DNA of 64,000 nucleotides from Octopus sinensis (GCF_006345805.1 NC_042998.1:60636001-60700000); one strand, 5' to 3'. Shown: positions 1 to 13,760, counted from the stretch's first letter. Notes: a model not told the origin generated them from the sequence alone. Numbers and translations: made by a program.

Positions 1-926
1 GTACCCAACTCTCAGCTTAATTATAAATAGGTCTCACAATGAAGTACAGCACACTGCTGTAAGAAAGAGTACATAAAAATTCATGAGTACAAAGAGGTTG
101 CAGTGTTCAGCTCCTCTTAGTGCAAGGGGTGAGGATTCTTAAATACATCCCACCAGTATTGTTTGCTCCATAACAAAACACACAAGAAATACATCTTTCA
201 CAGAGTCAAAAGTTTACTTCACAACAATGAGGTTTCAAGGCTGGTCCAATGGGTAAATGTCTTCTACCATAGATGTAGGTTAAAAATGCCTTGTGATGGA
301 AACAGTAAGGAAGACTGTCAGAGAGACCATTCCCATTGTGGGATTGCAGAATTTATTCATTAACCAGTTTAACTACCAGCACCATCCAGTCCTTGGAAGA
401 CCTTTAACTCTTAACATCCTTTTAATACAAAAGCTCAGTCCTGCAATGTTTGAGCAGAAAATATTGAGAAATGGGTTTGTTTATTCAAATGTTTATAGCA
501 TCTTCATTTGTGGTCAAATTATTGTGAAAATCGGCAGTATTGCAGACAAAAACAACCATTCTCTTTTTTAATGTAAGAAATCATTTGTTAAAAATAATGT
601 TGTGCCTGTCAGATTCTTAAATTATTACACAATGAAAAGAAAACCGGACACATTCAAAAAAAGAAATATGAGGTTATCTAATCAATGAGTGTTACAGCTG
701 ATAATTCAAAACCTGGCCAGATGCTCAGATCCTGTTTCCAGCTGTGTACTTAACTCTCAGCTTAACTGAAAATAGGTCTAGCAATGAAGTACAGCACACT
801 GCAGTAAAAAAAAAAGAAGAGTATTTAAAAATTCATGAGTATACATTGAGGTTAGGTAGAGATATTCAAAGGTTTTCCCCAGACTATTTTTGCAGCTTTT
901 CATTACAGTTAAGACAATATCACATA

Positions 927-1320
927 TCATCATCGTTTAACGTCCGTTCTCCATACTAGCATGGGTTGGACGGTTCGACCGGGGATCTGGTAAGCCAGAA
1001 GGCTGCACCAGGCTCCAGTCTTATCTGGCAATGTTTCTACAGCTGGATGCCCTTCCTAACGCCAACCACTCCGTGAGTGTAGTGGGAGCTTTTTACGTGC
1101 CACCTGCACAGGTGCCAGGCGAGGCTGGCAACGGCCACGGTCGGATTGGTGTATTTTATGTGCCACCAGCACGGAAGCCAGTCGAGGCGGCGCTGGCATC
1201 GGCCACGAGTCGGATAGTGCTTTTTACGTACCACCAGACCAGGGATCCTGGCTGGTTCAATTCGATTTCGATTTCGCTTGCCCCAACATGTCTTCGCAAG
1301 CAAAGGGGGTTGGCATGGGT
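927..1320 (-). mobile_element. (GAT)n-tailed non-LTR retroposon 3' end (probably RTE-related), copy 1
   Basis: Core GGATGCCCTTCCTAACGCCAACC, ~55-60 bp tandem units (GGTGCTTTTTACGTGCCACCGGCAC...) and a CAT/GAT tail; ~10 copies in the window. The RTE assignment is inference. Confidence 0.8.
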
Positions 1321-1629
1321 GCCTGTCGTACAGTTGGATTGGTGTATTTTACATGCCGTTAATAATCTACATACCGTACAGATTTTAAAAAAAAGAAATA
1401 CACCATGTCTGAAAAAAAACAGAGGTCATTGCTGGAATGTTTTTGATAATTCTGCTTCATTAGGTCTGACCTGGGGATAGTGGTGAGTTCAGATAGTGTG
1501 ACATGAAATACCGTATATGAAAATGAAGTTTTTAGTGGTGGCCATTGGAACATGAGGCTGTTTCATTACAAAACATCATTTTATCCAAAACAATAACTTC
1601 AAACAAACAAAGGTAAATGAATCAAGAAT

Positions 1630-1670
1630 TTTATTTCTCATAATCCAAAATGACTGTTAAGCTATTTATT
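1630..1670 (-). terminator. Two AATAAA polyadenylation signals for PHB1
   Basis: TTTATT on + at 1665-1670 and 1630-1635, shortly after the stop codon. Confidence 0.5.
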
Positions 1671-1708
1671 TTCACATCCTACAAGATTGTTATTATCTGC
1701 TTTTAGTT

Positions 1709-1924
1709 TCACATAGAAGGTAAATTTAACAAAGTATTTTGTCCTTGGGGCAAGTAAATGACATTCCGAGACCGAGAAAGCTGGTTGGCAATATCTTCTG
1801 CTGCTTCCAGTTTGCGAAGTTCAATTAAAGCATCACCAGCTTCAGTGAATGCTTTAGATAATAACTCTGCAGCTCTTGTGTCTCCCTCTGCATTAGTAAC
1901 AGCAGCCTGTCGGATTTGTTCAGC
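1709..1924 (-). CDS. PHB1: Prohibitin-1 last coding exon ([15 protein letters not shown]...[22 protein letters not shown])
   Basis: 216 nt, TTTAG acceptor, TGA at 1711-1709. The six exons total 822 nt = 273 aa plus stop. Confidence 0.96.
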   Translation of the reverse strand, partial: AEQIRQAAVTNAEGDTRAAELLSKAFTEAGDALIELRKLEAAEDIANQLSRSRNVIYLPQGQNTLLNLPSM

Positions 1925-2985
1925 CTAAATAAAAAAAATAAAACATTTAACAAAATAAACAAATACACCAATTTATGCTTTTTATGGTTTTATAATATTA
2001 TCATCAACCTATTTAATATCTAATTTGTTGGCACCTTAGGCAATATCTTCTAATATGGCTTTGGATTTGGTAGACAGAACTTCAAAGATAGTCAACATTC
2101 TTGTGGATTTAGTAGACAGAAACTGAAAGGAGCCCATCATAAATGAGTGAGCATGTGTGCCTTGACATCATTCAATAGTCATGAGTGAGTGCTGCTGTCA
2201 TTCAGCCAGTGTCTTTCATTCCCAGTCTTCCATGCAATATGGGGAAAATATTACTATACTCAAACACAAATGAGGAATGGTAACAGGAAAGACATCCATC
2301 TGTAGAAAATCTAAATGAATATAGAGAAATGGTCCAAAGGATTTATCATATACACATAAGTTGGAATAAAGATTTTATGCAACATGTAACATACTACTAG
2401 GATTGCACAATAATAGCAAAGGAGAATGGGCACCAGCTAGCCCAAAGGTTGGGGTGGCCTGCACCTGCCTACCTCAGTTGCTATGGCATTGAGGTAGACC
2501 CAGCCACCCTTGTTAACAGGGACAAAACCTGGATTTAAAACACTGGATAATGGTGAAGCTAGCAAGCAAAATATTTCAACAAAAACGTCAGGTTAAGATA
2601 CTTGTAGAAAGAAATGTACTGAAATTAGTTTTATTGTTTTAGTGATTGAAAAAAATGTACTGTAGTTAGCAAAAATCATAAGATGCATTTAAAAAAACAA
2701 AAAGTCCCTCACATACACACCAGTCCTATATACAAATTTGTACTATATTACATGCTTTAATGCAATAAAAACTTTTTCCTGAATATGCACAGTTAAAAAT
2801 TGGAATTGTGTCTAATAGGCCCATGCATCTTTTGTAGTATTTAGATTTCTTTTTAGGCAAATTATTTGCACAAATATTAAAGCGAGTCTTTTAGACAGAT
2901 CCACAGTTACTTCATATATTGAGACTGACATACTGTTTATAGAAGTTTAAATAAACAATGTGAAAATTATGATACAGTTCCATAC

Positions 2986-3081
2986 CTTCTCGACTAGATA
3001 TCTGGCTTTTTCAGCTTCCTGTTGTGCACATTGCTTCAATTCTACAGCTTCAGTAAACTCTTTTCCAAAAGTTAAATGGGT
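2986..3081 (-). CDS. PHB1: Prohibitin-1 coding exon 5 ([32 protein letters not shown])
   Basis: 96 nt, TTTGTAG acceptor, GTATGG donor; coiled-coil region of PHB1. Confidence 0.96.
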
Positions 3082-3152
3082 CTACAAATAGAAGCAAAAT
3101 ATCAAAAATGTTATTTTATACATACATACATACACATGCACACACACACCCT

Positions 3153-3760
3153 CATCATCATCGTTTAATGTCTGCTTTTCATGCTAGCATGGGTTGGACA
3201 ATTTGACTGAACCAGATGGCTGCACCATGCTCCAATCTTGATCTGGCAGAGTTTCTACAACTGGATGCCAACCAATCTGAGAGTGTAGTGGGTACTTTTA
3301 CATGTCACCGGCACGAGGGCCAGTCAGGTGGTTATGGCAACAGCCATGCTCAAATGGTGTTTTTTACATGCCAACTGCACAGGAGCCAGTCCAGCAGCAC
3401 TGGCAACGACCTCGCTCAAATGTTTTTTTCACATGCCAGTGAGGCGAAGCTGGTAACGATCACACTTGAATGGTGCTTTTTATGTGCCACCGGCACGGAA
3501 GCCAGTTAGCCGCTCTGGCAACGATCACCCTTAGATGGTGCTCTTAGCACTCCACTAGCATGGGATGCCAGTCATCGAATTTGATTTCGATTTCACTTGC
3601 CTCAACAGGTCTTCACAAGCAGAGTTTACTGTCCAATGAAGGAAAGGTACACATAAGTGGGCTGTCCGTTGTCCATATTGGCATGGGTTGGACTGTTTGA
3701 CCAGGGCTGGCAAGCTGAGGAGCTGAACCAGACTCCAGTCTGATTTGGCATAGGAAAGAT
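3153..3760 (-). mobile_element. Same (GAT)n-tailed retroposon family, in PHB1 intron 4, plus a second partial copy
   Basis: Same core and tandem units, more diverged. Confidence 0.8.
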
Positions 3761-4809
3761 ATGTTTTTGTGGCATAAGTTTTTCCTGCCATGTTTCTCTC
3801 TTGGCATTAAGTTCACTGCTGAACTGGAAGCCTTTTAACAATCCTACAAGAGGATTGCTTCTTTGAAGTCACTGAATTATTGAGAGAGTTGAAAGCTCTA
3901 AAGCAATTCCCTAGAGCAAAGAAGGAAAAGTTGTGTAATAATTTATATCTGGAAGATTATAGATGATCTGGCACTAATTTCTGGCAATATGCTCCAGTGA
4001 AAATTAAGAGATCAAAATAGAATAGATATCAGCACATTCAAACTCTAGGATTTTCTACTGAGTGATATCCCAGATGAAACTACATCACAGTAAGACACAC
4101 ACGAAGGCAACAATACTAAATTCTTCCACTCACCAAACACTGAGAGCTGCAACAGCAGTGATAATGGTACCCCATTCTGGGGTACCACCATGGCCAGAAT
4201 CATCTGGCTGGAGCAATTTAGAGTAAAGAAAAGCAATTCTTAATTGTTTCAAAGTATGATGAAAAATTAGAATTAAAGATTATTCTCTTATCAACTATAC
4301 CTATTCTAAGGATTATGGGCACACATACAAATAACCAATGAGGGAACCTCTATATGGTCACTGAAACTGCTAGAAATACCAGCCAAGTCGCCATACTGTA
4401 TTAAAATGCATAATAAAGTATAAAATAACCTTGAAAATAAGTGAAGAGCACTGAAATATCTCTGAGCATTGGTCTGTTCAATCAGAGTTGACCTGGAGTC
4501 AAACAACAGCCAATCAAGTCATCTGATGAATGCATAAATGAATTCAAAAGACCTGGCGTATAATAACTCCATATCTGTTGATCTTGCACATTATTTCATA
4601 AGGATCTGGGTGAAATCTCTCCACTTCCAACAAGTTTTCATTCTTATTACCAATTGATAATGAAACATATTGAGTACATGGTATCTTCCTAAACTTATAA
4701 ATTTTTTCTCCACTAAAGTAAGGACCTAGGACTTTTTATGCAGCTAATTTGATTAACATTCAAGCCATAAATTTCAATATTAAAAAAGGGAAAACAAAAA
4801 GATACTGAC

Positions 4810-4926
4810 CAAAGATATATCATCAAGGAGTAACCCAAAAGCACTGGCACGGTCTATAAGTTCTTCAGATACTCTCATGGACACCACTTCTCGATTAGTG
4901 ATCAGTTCACTTGCATCAAACTGAGC
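4810..4926 (-). CDS. PHB1: Prohibitin-1 coding exon 4 ([39 protein letters not shown])
   Basis: 117 nt, CAACAG acceptor, GTCAGT donor; not in the ORF track; hand translation matches PHB1. Confidence 0.96.
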
Positions 4927-7107
4927 CTGTTGCAAAGAAGAGTGAACAATAAAAATTAGGAAAAATTTTAAGGGGAAAGTTCAACAGACAAATTTTATAT
5001 ATACAACGAAATGGTGAAACTATATAGAATACTAAAAACTATAATTTATTTATTTTTGCTATTTGATATTTATTCTAGCTCTTTTCACCTTTAGTCATGA
5101 ATGTTGTGTAATAACTGAAAGACTATAATCACGAAATACAAGCAACTGAAGGATCTCTGGAGTAACATTACTTAGCAGGGTGTATGGCTCAGAGATCAGG
5201 GAATATCTCTAGGTCAAGCCACTGTTTCTCCACTCAAGAAAGTTACAGCTCCATTACTATGAACATGTAATTATGTTGCAGTAAACAATTGCAAAATAGA
5301 TTCTTCAAGATGAGCCAACCAACAGGAGACCAAGAACAAAACACCTGGATAATAGCCATAGTCTCAGTCACATTCAAGAATCCAACCAGAAAGTAGAATG
5401 ATGATTACCTGATTGAACCCTATGGTAGGATTGCCTGAGGACTACCCCACTGTCTCTCAGGAATAGTGAAGCGAGAAAATGGATCGATGGCTATTTTACC
5501 ATCCAATTTTTAACTACTGTAAATTTGGAGAACTTGCTTTGTGAGTCAGGAAAAATTCAAGAAAAGCAGAATTATGAGGTACACACCAAGGAACACAAAC
5601 ACATTGGTTAGTACAGTAAGGTTTGAACTCTTGGCCATTTAAATCATACTAATCATTATATATCCTTATGCTGTATTTTGTTTGACAAAGGTTTCAGATA
5701 TACGTGTATTTCAGCAGAATCATTTCAGTTATTTCACCCACATTTAAAATTACTTTATCATATTCGACAAACTGATCAGTATCTTCTAAACCATAAACAT
5801 TTTTTATATAATTATTGGTGATGATAGAGTTTGGAAACCAATTAGGTCATTGAGATATCATTAGAAAATGTAGCATCCAGAACAGGTCAGCCTGATAGAG
5901 CCTTACCTTCCTTTAAAGTATCCACCCAGGAAGTATATTACTCAGCCCAGTTTTAGAGAATCCATTCCTGTCACCTCAATGAACATTACAACTGTATGGT
6001 GACTAGTGAGATGGCTTGGTCAGCTGAGATTTAAGGGTCTTTACCAGAAACACAACAAAGTGCTAGTGATACTCTAACTACTAACTCTTTCATTTATAGT
6101 TTAATATCCTTTTACTTCAATAAGCTGTGATTCTCAAAGTACTTATTAATGGTAATATTGTTTGTATTTTATGGTGGCCTAAAGAAATCTAAAAAGTTAT
6201 ATGACAATTCTAAGACCAATACAGAAAATGTAACAAAAATATTGTTAAGCCTATTTTAAATTCTATGGAGAAATTGAGAATGTGTAGCAGCTAAGATCTT
6301 ATTGGACTAATTACAAGACCTGGTTTCAATTCTCATTGAAAACTACTTTAATCACATATTAACTAAGTCTTTAAAACAGAAATAAATATATAAATCATTG
6401 CAATTACCATAAATATCTCATTTTTTTGTGCATACATGGCAATGCATTAGAAAGTTAAAGATAGAAAAGGCAGAGAGCAAAAATGTGGGCTAGAAACCCC
6501 ATCAGACTTAATTGGGTAGTCACACTTCTGAGATCAAATTACATCAGGCTGACTTAGTATTTCATACTCCAAATAGTAAATAAGTAACATACTGAAGTCA
6601 TGTCAGTCAACTATGTAACTTCTTCACCAAAAAACAGAAAACAAAAAGGATTATGATTAAGAGAAATTATTATACTTAAGAGAGGTGTAATGGTAGTCTC
6701 TTGGATGATTTTGCAAATTTCTTGCTGAACGATCTGCACAAATGATTTGTTTTATAGTGATCAAATGTGTGTATGAAATTGATGTTGCCTGAACTGGTGC
6801 ATGGCGTGCCACACGTCAGGTGTTGAAGTGATCACAGAGCAACATAAGACGAAATGCTAAGCTCAAGAACACAATGCACTGCCCTGTCCAGGAATTGAAA
6901 CCATAATCCCACAATCATGACTACAACACCCTAACCACTAGGCCATGTACCCTCTAGAAAGGTGTAATGAATCAAGATGTCACTATACCTTTAGTTCCCA
7001 AGTCTGTCATAAGCTTAAGCTGAAATGTGCTCTGAGCAAAATACCTAGCTATTCTAACCTTCTACTTAAGAAATTAGTATTATATAAGGCAGCTTACGGT
7101 TACTTAC

Positions 7108-7250
7108 AACAATTGCTTTCAAGACTTCATTTGTGATAGATGGTAACACTCTTTCATCATAGTCAACACCAAGGTTTGTATAAATCTTAGGTAATGATGT
7201 AATATTTGGTCTGAACAGAATTCTCAATGTGATGTTGACATTTTGAAGAT
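7108..7250 (-). CDS. PHB1: Prohibitin-1 coding exon 3 ([15 protein letters not shown]...[19 protein letters not shown])
   Basis: 143 nt, CCTAG acceptor, GTAAGT donor; canonical PHB1 motifs. Confidence 0.97.
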
Positions 7251-8749
7251 CTAGGTTAAAAAAAAGAAAAGACATCAAATAAGAATGTATTTCAGTGGGC
7301 GGGCTGAGCTAAAATGTAAGAATTTAATTCAAACTATATTCTTCAAACAAACAAAAGTATGTAATAAAAGTATAAAGTTCAATAAAAATGGCCACTGCAA
7401 AGAGACAATGCAGATTCCATCAGGCTAATGAAATAGATTGCTGTTGAACCACAACTTTTTATATCGATGCCTGATGGGAAAATGTGGACAAGGAAAGAAT
7501 GATAGAAGTTTGCAGTTCTAGAGAGAACAAACTGGACAAAGTATTTATTTAAAAGTTTGACACAGATAAGACACAAAATGGAAGACAATAAGAGTTGAGT
7601 GCACAAAGTGAAAAACAACTTACTAATTAACAAGAACAAAAACTATTGTAACAACAGCAGAAACAGGATGAGGATTGCAGTGTTAGTAGTGATGCTACTT
7701 GATGTATGAATCTTTGCCAATTCCTTGAATAGCCTCATAAAAAGGTTTATGATGCTTGTGTCTGTGAAAACCTGTACCATCCCAAATATGTGCACCATAT
7801 TCCAATTCCAATGAAGTTCAGCAAACATTCAGAGAAGAAATATTTTCTAATTTTAAAATGGTTTGGCTTTTGAAATGCTGTTTTGACTGTAACAATAAAA
7901 GATCAGATTATCTGGACTGAAGCATCGGTAAAGACTCAAAGTTTTAGTTGAATTGTTCGTTTAACAGAAAGGGTGCAGTGTTGTGTTGTTTTGTTGTAGG
8001 TCAGCTTTAATTAAGCAGACTTATGATTACAGCCATTCCAGTCATCAGCATCCAGTTTTCTTTCTTTGATAGTATATGGAAGTCCACATTATCCAATATC
8101 TCCTTCCTTTTTAAAATGGGATGTAATTTAAAGAACTGACTACTATTTCTAGCAAGCCAAGCTGTCTCAGAAATATTCCTTAAGTTTACAATGCAGCTGT
8201 GTCCAGTACTACAGTAATTTAGGTTTCTTCAATAAATGTAATTACTGTGTTGGAAGTTGGCAGTTACAGAACAAAACATTGGCAAGGATGGAAATTCAAA
8301 GGGTCAATATACTGGGGAAGAAGGACTAAGTGTAGTGATAAATGTGGGGCACAGAGAAGGGAGAGAACACAATATGGGTTATAAGAGGAGGAGAGACATG
8401 AATTGAATGTGCATCAGTGCAGGTGGCAGAAGAACAGCCAGCAGCAAGGAGCAGAAGCCACAGTAATGGAAGAAAAGTCAGGTCATATTTGAGGACAACT
8501 TTATGCCAATCAGTCAGACAGCCTTCTTTTGGATGTGATGGCCATTAAAGTATTAAATAAGAGGAGGAAGACACAAAGCTGTACTGGATATGACCTGAAG
8601 GAACTTAGTCTCAAAGAGAATTTAACAATTATCAAAGAAGGTTGGAGAAAAATATAAATACTACAGATCTGACTGTTTCTTAGTATAGGAAACATACATA
8701 AAAACTAATGAGGATGTTGTAGATTAGTGGAAACAAGCATAATCTTTAC

Positions 8750-8911
8750 CTTTACTACCAGTTATAACAGGTACATTTCTGGGTCGAGATCGACAATCAA
8801 AAATTATTGGCTTTTGAACCCATGGTATAAGGAAATGAGTTCCTTCTCCAATCACACTTTCTTGCACTCCACGGAAACGATCAAATATTACAGCCTGATG
8901 GCCCCCATCAA
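8750..8911 (-). CDS. PHB1: Prohibitin-1 coding exon 2 ([16 protein letters not shown]...[12 protein letters not shown])
   Basis: 162 nt, TTTTTAG acceptor and GTAAAG donor, phase 1-1; near-identical to the PHB1 SPFH-domain start. Confidence 0.97.
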
Positions 8912-9351
8912 CTAAAAACAAATTTTAACAATATTTTATTACAAAAAAAAAGGTGAAATAAAAAAAATGAAATTTCATGAAAATCGTCTGTATTTTCTTA
9001 AGAGAAAAGAACAAATAAAAAGATACATTTTAATAAATATACATAAAATCATGACATGACCTGTAATCAGTGTACTCTTCAATTATATAAGCTTTTTAAA
9101 AATGCTCACATATATTGACTGACTTAATATAGTTGAGCTTCAGTTAAAAAGACATTCAAATCACAACATTAAAAAGGTTTTCATTACATTATATCTCAAA
9201 CCTCCTACATTATATATGTGAATATGCCAACTGTATAATGAATGGAACTACCAACTTGAATTATATTTCAACATTTTCTAGAAGCTACCACCAACATTTA
9301 TAACCAAAGGGGAAAAAACTACCTTTATTTCACTCATTGTTCTTGATTTAA

Positions 9352-9553
9352 CTCTTTAGCATTCAAATAACTTTGTCAAATGTAATGTTTATATAGTCAC
9401 ACTGCTTTGAATTAATCATACATTATTTTATAGCTTCAAGATTTTCAATAATGTTTGTATATTCTCAGAATGATATCATAGGGGAGGTATGAGAGGTCGG
9501 ATAAAACAAGTAGAATATCTGGGCCAGATATGGCTGGATTAAATGCTAATGGG
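9352..9553. mobile_element. Decayed piggyBac-type MITE, same family as 34328-34537
   Basis: TTAA|CTCTTTAGCATT...AATGCTAATGGG|ATAA; colinear interior. Confidence 0.75.
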
Positions 9554-10589
9554 ATAAACTCAGTCTTGTCTGAAGCTAACTTTCACCCACCAATCATGGA
9601 TGCTGCCTTTTCTTCAACTGAACCATGAAGAAAAGAAATTACTCAAAACTATTTTCTTTTACTATTTGCTTCCCTCCAATTACAGTTACAATAAAAAAAA
9701 TATCTTCACAAGTGCAATGGAAGCCATGATATTCATATATTCCCATATCCATAATTAAACCTTAAGTTATAAAAACATTATCAATCAGGAGGACCATCAT
9801 TTTATGATATTATATTTTTCTTTGCTTATATTTAGATATAGTTTTGATATAGAATTTAAAAACCTTTGTAGTTTTTTTATCTTCTAAAAATATTTCTACC
9901 ATCCTCAGTTTGGCAGCAACCATATCAGTATCTCCAAAGAGTTAACACTCATTCTATTCCATTTATCTCTACTGAGCACTTAACTCCCTCTGAAACTGCA
10001 AAATTTTATAATCCTTCTCTGTTTGTTTTCTCAAGACACCAACCTCCTCTCTCTGCTAACATATACATACACTATTAGCAGTACTTAGGGATAAATAAAA
10101 AGTAACCATAGCCTCCATGCATGAGAGCAGCCATCTTCAGGTTCATCAAAATACACTTTATTAAACAGATATCATGTAAGTATTGACCAGAAAATGGATC
10201 GTTCTGCCTCCCCAATAACCACCAAGCAATTGCTGTGTGATCATTTGACAATGTAAAAATAGCAACCAAATTTCTCTTTCAAATTACAATGTCAAAAAAA
10301 AAAAGTTCCCACTGGATGTGGTTTTAAGATAAGATGTGCATGGAAAAATACAGAATGATTACAGCTGGAATGCCTTTGACCAGGGGCCAGTCCAGAGCTA
10401 AACTACCAACAACAGTAGTTTTCAACTTTTTGCATGAACTTCTTATAGGAAACAACATAAGAGACAAAAGTTAAAATTAGAAATTATAAATTTGATAATT
10501 TGAATAAAAAGACTAATTCTAGGTTCTGACCACACACTTTAAGTGTGTGGTCAGTTCTGCATATATACATAGAGATGAGGATATATGCT

Positions 10590-11030
10590 TAGATAAGTGG
10601 TTCTCAACCATTTCTTGCCTTGATTCCTATTTGACCCTACTAGCCATTCAATGCTTTAAAAAATCCTATAATATTTCTATAATTAAATATTATTAGGAAT
10701 TATATTTTGCCAGCCTCCCCTGGCACCTGTGCCGGTGGCATGTAAAAAGCACCCACTACACTCACAGTGGTTGGCATTAGGAAGGGCATCCAGCTGTAGA
10801 AACACTGCCAGATCAGACTGGAGCCTGGCGCAGCCTCCTGGCTTCCCAGACTCCAGTTAAACCGTCCAACCCGTGCTAGCACAGAAAACAAACGTTAAAC
10901 GATGATGATGAATTATATTTCAAAAATAGTTAAAACATTTTGTGTATTGTAGAAGTATAACCAATTTATCACACATAAATTTTAGCAACAAAATCAAGGG
11001 TCATATGGACCATGGTTGAGAACAACCAAT
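10590..11030. mobile_element. hAT-type MITE interrupted by the retroposon above
   Basis: Terminal inverted repeats AGTGGTTCTCAACCAT / ATGGTTGAGAAC; an inverted fragment of the same family lies at ~13975-14070. Confidence 0.65.
10708..10909 (+). mobile_element. 5'-truncated (GAT)n-tailed retroposon with 11-bp TSD
   Basis: GAATTATATTT at 10697-10707 and 10910-10920 flanks the copy, consistent with target-primed reverse transcription. Confidence 0.88.
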
Positions 11031-11347
11031 GTAGGTTAAATCAACCCAAATATTTGGCTAAATCTTTATCAACCCCAAAAGGATGAAAGATCAAGGTACT
11101 TAATTTTATTGACCATGAAAGGGTGAACAGCAAATTGGTATCTGTAAGATTTGAGCTTAGAATATAAAGAATCAGAAGAAATACAACAAGGCTCTTTTGT
11201 CCAAAACTTTGGTGATTTGGCCTATACACTGCTATCTGTATCCTCAAAATAACAATGGTATGAGTTTGAACAGGAGCACGTATTTGCATTGGACATGGCT
11301 ATAACAGCTACATTTGACAGTTAACAAACTGTGATCAATGATTATAT

Positions 11348-11545
11348 ATCATCATCATCATTTAGCATGCTTGTATGGGTTAGATGATTTGACTGGAACA
11401 TGCTGACTTGTATGGATTAGACGATTTGACCAGAGACCTGCACCAGGCTCCAGTCTGATTTTGGCCTGGTTTGTATGGCTGGATGTCCATCCTAACGCCA
11501 ACCACTCCAAGTGTGTAGTGGGTACCTCTTACAAGCACAGATGCC
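11348..11545 (-). mobile_element. (GAT)n-tailed retroposon copy, diverged
   Basis: CAT tail, CACCAGGCTCCAGTCTGAT and CCTAACGCCAACCACTCC motifs. Confidence 0.75.
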
Positions 11546-13388
11546 TTTTACACAACACACATATCCATTGATTACATGTATTTCATATTAGAAACATAGG
11601 ATAAAAATTCAGTTGCTCAACACCCTGCTGATAACTAATGTTGACAATTTACTATGTATCAATTGCCTTACTTGTCATGGTGACACTGAGAATAAACAAT
11701 AATATTTATGCTCAAGTAAATGGGGTGGAAAGTCTAGACTACTTGGGTTTACATGGGACTTTCCTGTCATTTAAATACCAGCAGGGTTCCTGAATACTCA
11801 GAGATCCACAGGATGAAGAAGTTGGCATTTGCCTCCATCACTACACTGATTCTTCTGGAGCTTGAACCAGTCAGTTTGTCTCATACTGATGGAAAAATAA
11901 CTGTTCTTGGAGTGGAGTACACTGTCTTCTCTGAGATACCAATGTGGTACACTTTGTTGCTTTATTGGTAAAACAAGGACTACTATCGATCAATTATATT
12001 ATTCAGCCAATTGCTTTTAACCCCACACCCACTACCACCACCGTTTTGCGGCCATTTCAAAGAATAGTTAGTGTGAAACTTATTGAGACACAATACAACT
12101 AATTTTATCGATCCTGAAGGGGCAGAAACTACAAGGAATACAAAGACAGTAACAAAACGTCTGTAAAACAACATTCTTTACAACAAAAAGATTCATAAAA
12201 CTGTCCTTGGAATGCATTTGTTTCAATTGACATTGTTACATAAATAAATTTTTTAATTCATTCGTAATATTAACGTGGAAAACGGATTAGGGTCTAATCT
12301 GAGAATTAGTAAAATACGAACAGACTACCATAAAGGTCTTGGGATACAAGCAAACTAGTCAACTGAATGTTCATACGGTGCTAATGATTCTTATTTTATT
12401 CAACCCAGAAAGGGTACGAGGATATCATCATCGGGGTTTTAGTTTAGAACGATGGAACTAAATATTACTCGACACGTAAAGTCCGGTGTCATATAGCAGC
12501 CATATAAAAATACAAGGGTTAAAGGTGATAATCAAAGCGCTAAGATATCTGAAAAGAATGCAAGTGTTAGAACAGTAGAAAGTTATTAACAAAACAGTCT
12601 ACGACCCAGTTTCGGTTTTGCGAATGCCCTTGTATCACTAATGTCCTTGGAACTAACATGTCCATCACAACCTCCCATTTCCTTAGCCAAAAATCTTCTA
12701 GAGTCATATCCGCGTATAAAAAAATAATAATGTTAACTATTCTCCACCCCACCTCCTTATAAATATATTGCAAACATTTCTTGTAACCTCGAAATAAAGA
12801 GAAACAAATTTTAGGAAAAACACCACCTCTAGCTTTCCAAGTTATAAGACAGCAAAATATTTTTTAGGCTAAGCACAAGAACAAACTAGAAAGGCGGAGG
12901 CTACAATGGATCCAAACATATTACAGGTATTTATTTCATCAGCCCTGGAGGTGGGGTGTAAGTCCGCGTCAGTTACTTTGGAATGAGATGCCGAACTATC
13001 AAGTGAGAGTGTCCAATACAATTATTTTACTGTCCTAATTGTGATAACTTTATTTACTCAAAATATATTAAAATAATTATGCTTTTTGACATTAGTTCGG
13101 ATAGCTATTTGGTGGGAGAAAAAATTAAAGTTTAAAATCAAGGTTTAAGCTGAAGGCTACAGAAATCGATTTTCACCGATTAGCACATATCACAATGAAA
13201 TGCAGAAACAAAAATATTAAACAGGATAAAATTATAAAACGAATATAAGTGGAAAATGGGTGTAGATCAATATCCTAAGAAAATGACCTTCATTCACCGG
13301 GGATGAAACAGAAGATAAACTAACAAGAGAAAAACACGAGAAAGGGCACAACATACGTATTTAAACTTGTTATATATTATATATATAT

Positions 13389-13422
<34 letters not shown>

Positions 13423-13427
13423 CTTAC

Positions 13428-13515
13428 CATTAAAAAGAGCAGTTTGGACAATACCACCAACAGCAACAAGACCAAGTCCTATTTTGCCAATAGTATTGAA
13501 AATCTTCTGAGCCAT
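13428..13515 (-). CDS. PHB1: Prohibitin-1 coding exon 1 (MAQKIFNTIGKIGLGLVAVGGIVQTALFN-V)
   Basis: ATG at 13515; 88 nt; GTAAGA donor at 13427. Matches the PHB1 N-terminus ([30 protein letters not shown]). Upstream acceptor TTTCTAG at 13535 implies a non-coding first exon. Confidence 0.95.
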
Positions 13516-13659
13516 ATTTCTCAAAGACAAGTTGCTAGAAAGACTGCTTGTAAAAGATGCTTAACTTCAGGTAGTTCTTCAATGGAATTGTGAAGTAATG
13601 ATAAATAGAAAATACAGTGCTAAATTTTAAAATTTCCCCCGAAAAATAAAGGACTTCCT

Positions 13660-13760
13660 TAAACTTCTTTTACACCTGAAATCACGGCATGTGCTTCGTA
13701 GGAAACACGCATGGAGAAAAAGCGCCCTCTGTTAAGAACTGATGGTAGTTACTTCCCTTG
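13660..13760 (-). promoter_or_regulatory. Candidate PHB1 transcription start / non-coding first exon
   Basis: CpG-containing non-repeat patch upstream of the 13535 acceptor, with a pyrimidine run (CTTTTTCTCC on -) and possible donors CAG|GTGTAA (~13675) or GAA|GTAACT (~13752). Boundaries are not resolvable. Confidence 0.3.

Noticed and set aside
1031-1260. CRISPR-like direct repeat array
   Set aside because: The ~55-60 bp units are internal tandem repeats of a eukaryotic retroposon; no unique spacers and no cas genes.
1031-1480. 149-aa ORF and similar MFLQLDALPNANHS... ORFs elsewhere
   Set aside because: Translations of the multi-copy (GAT)n-tailed retroposon.
1925-13427. Intronic C/D box snoRNA in PHB1 introns
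   Set aside because: No RTGATGA/CTGA pair at suitable spacing on the sense strand outside repeats. H/ACA RNAs cannot be excluded by eye and need an Infernal search.
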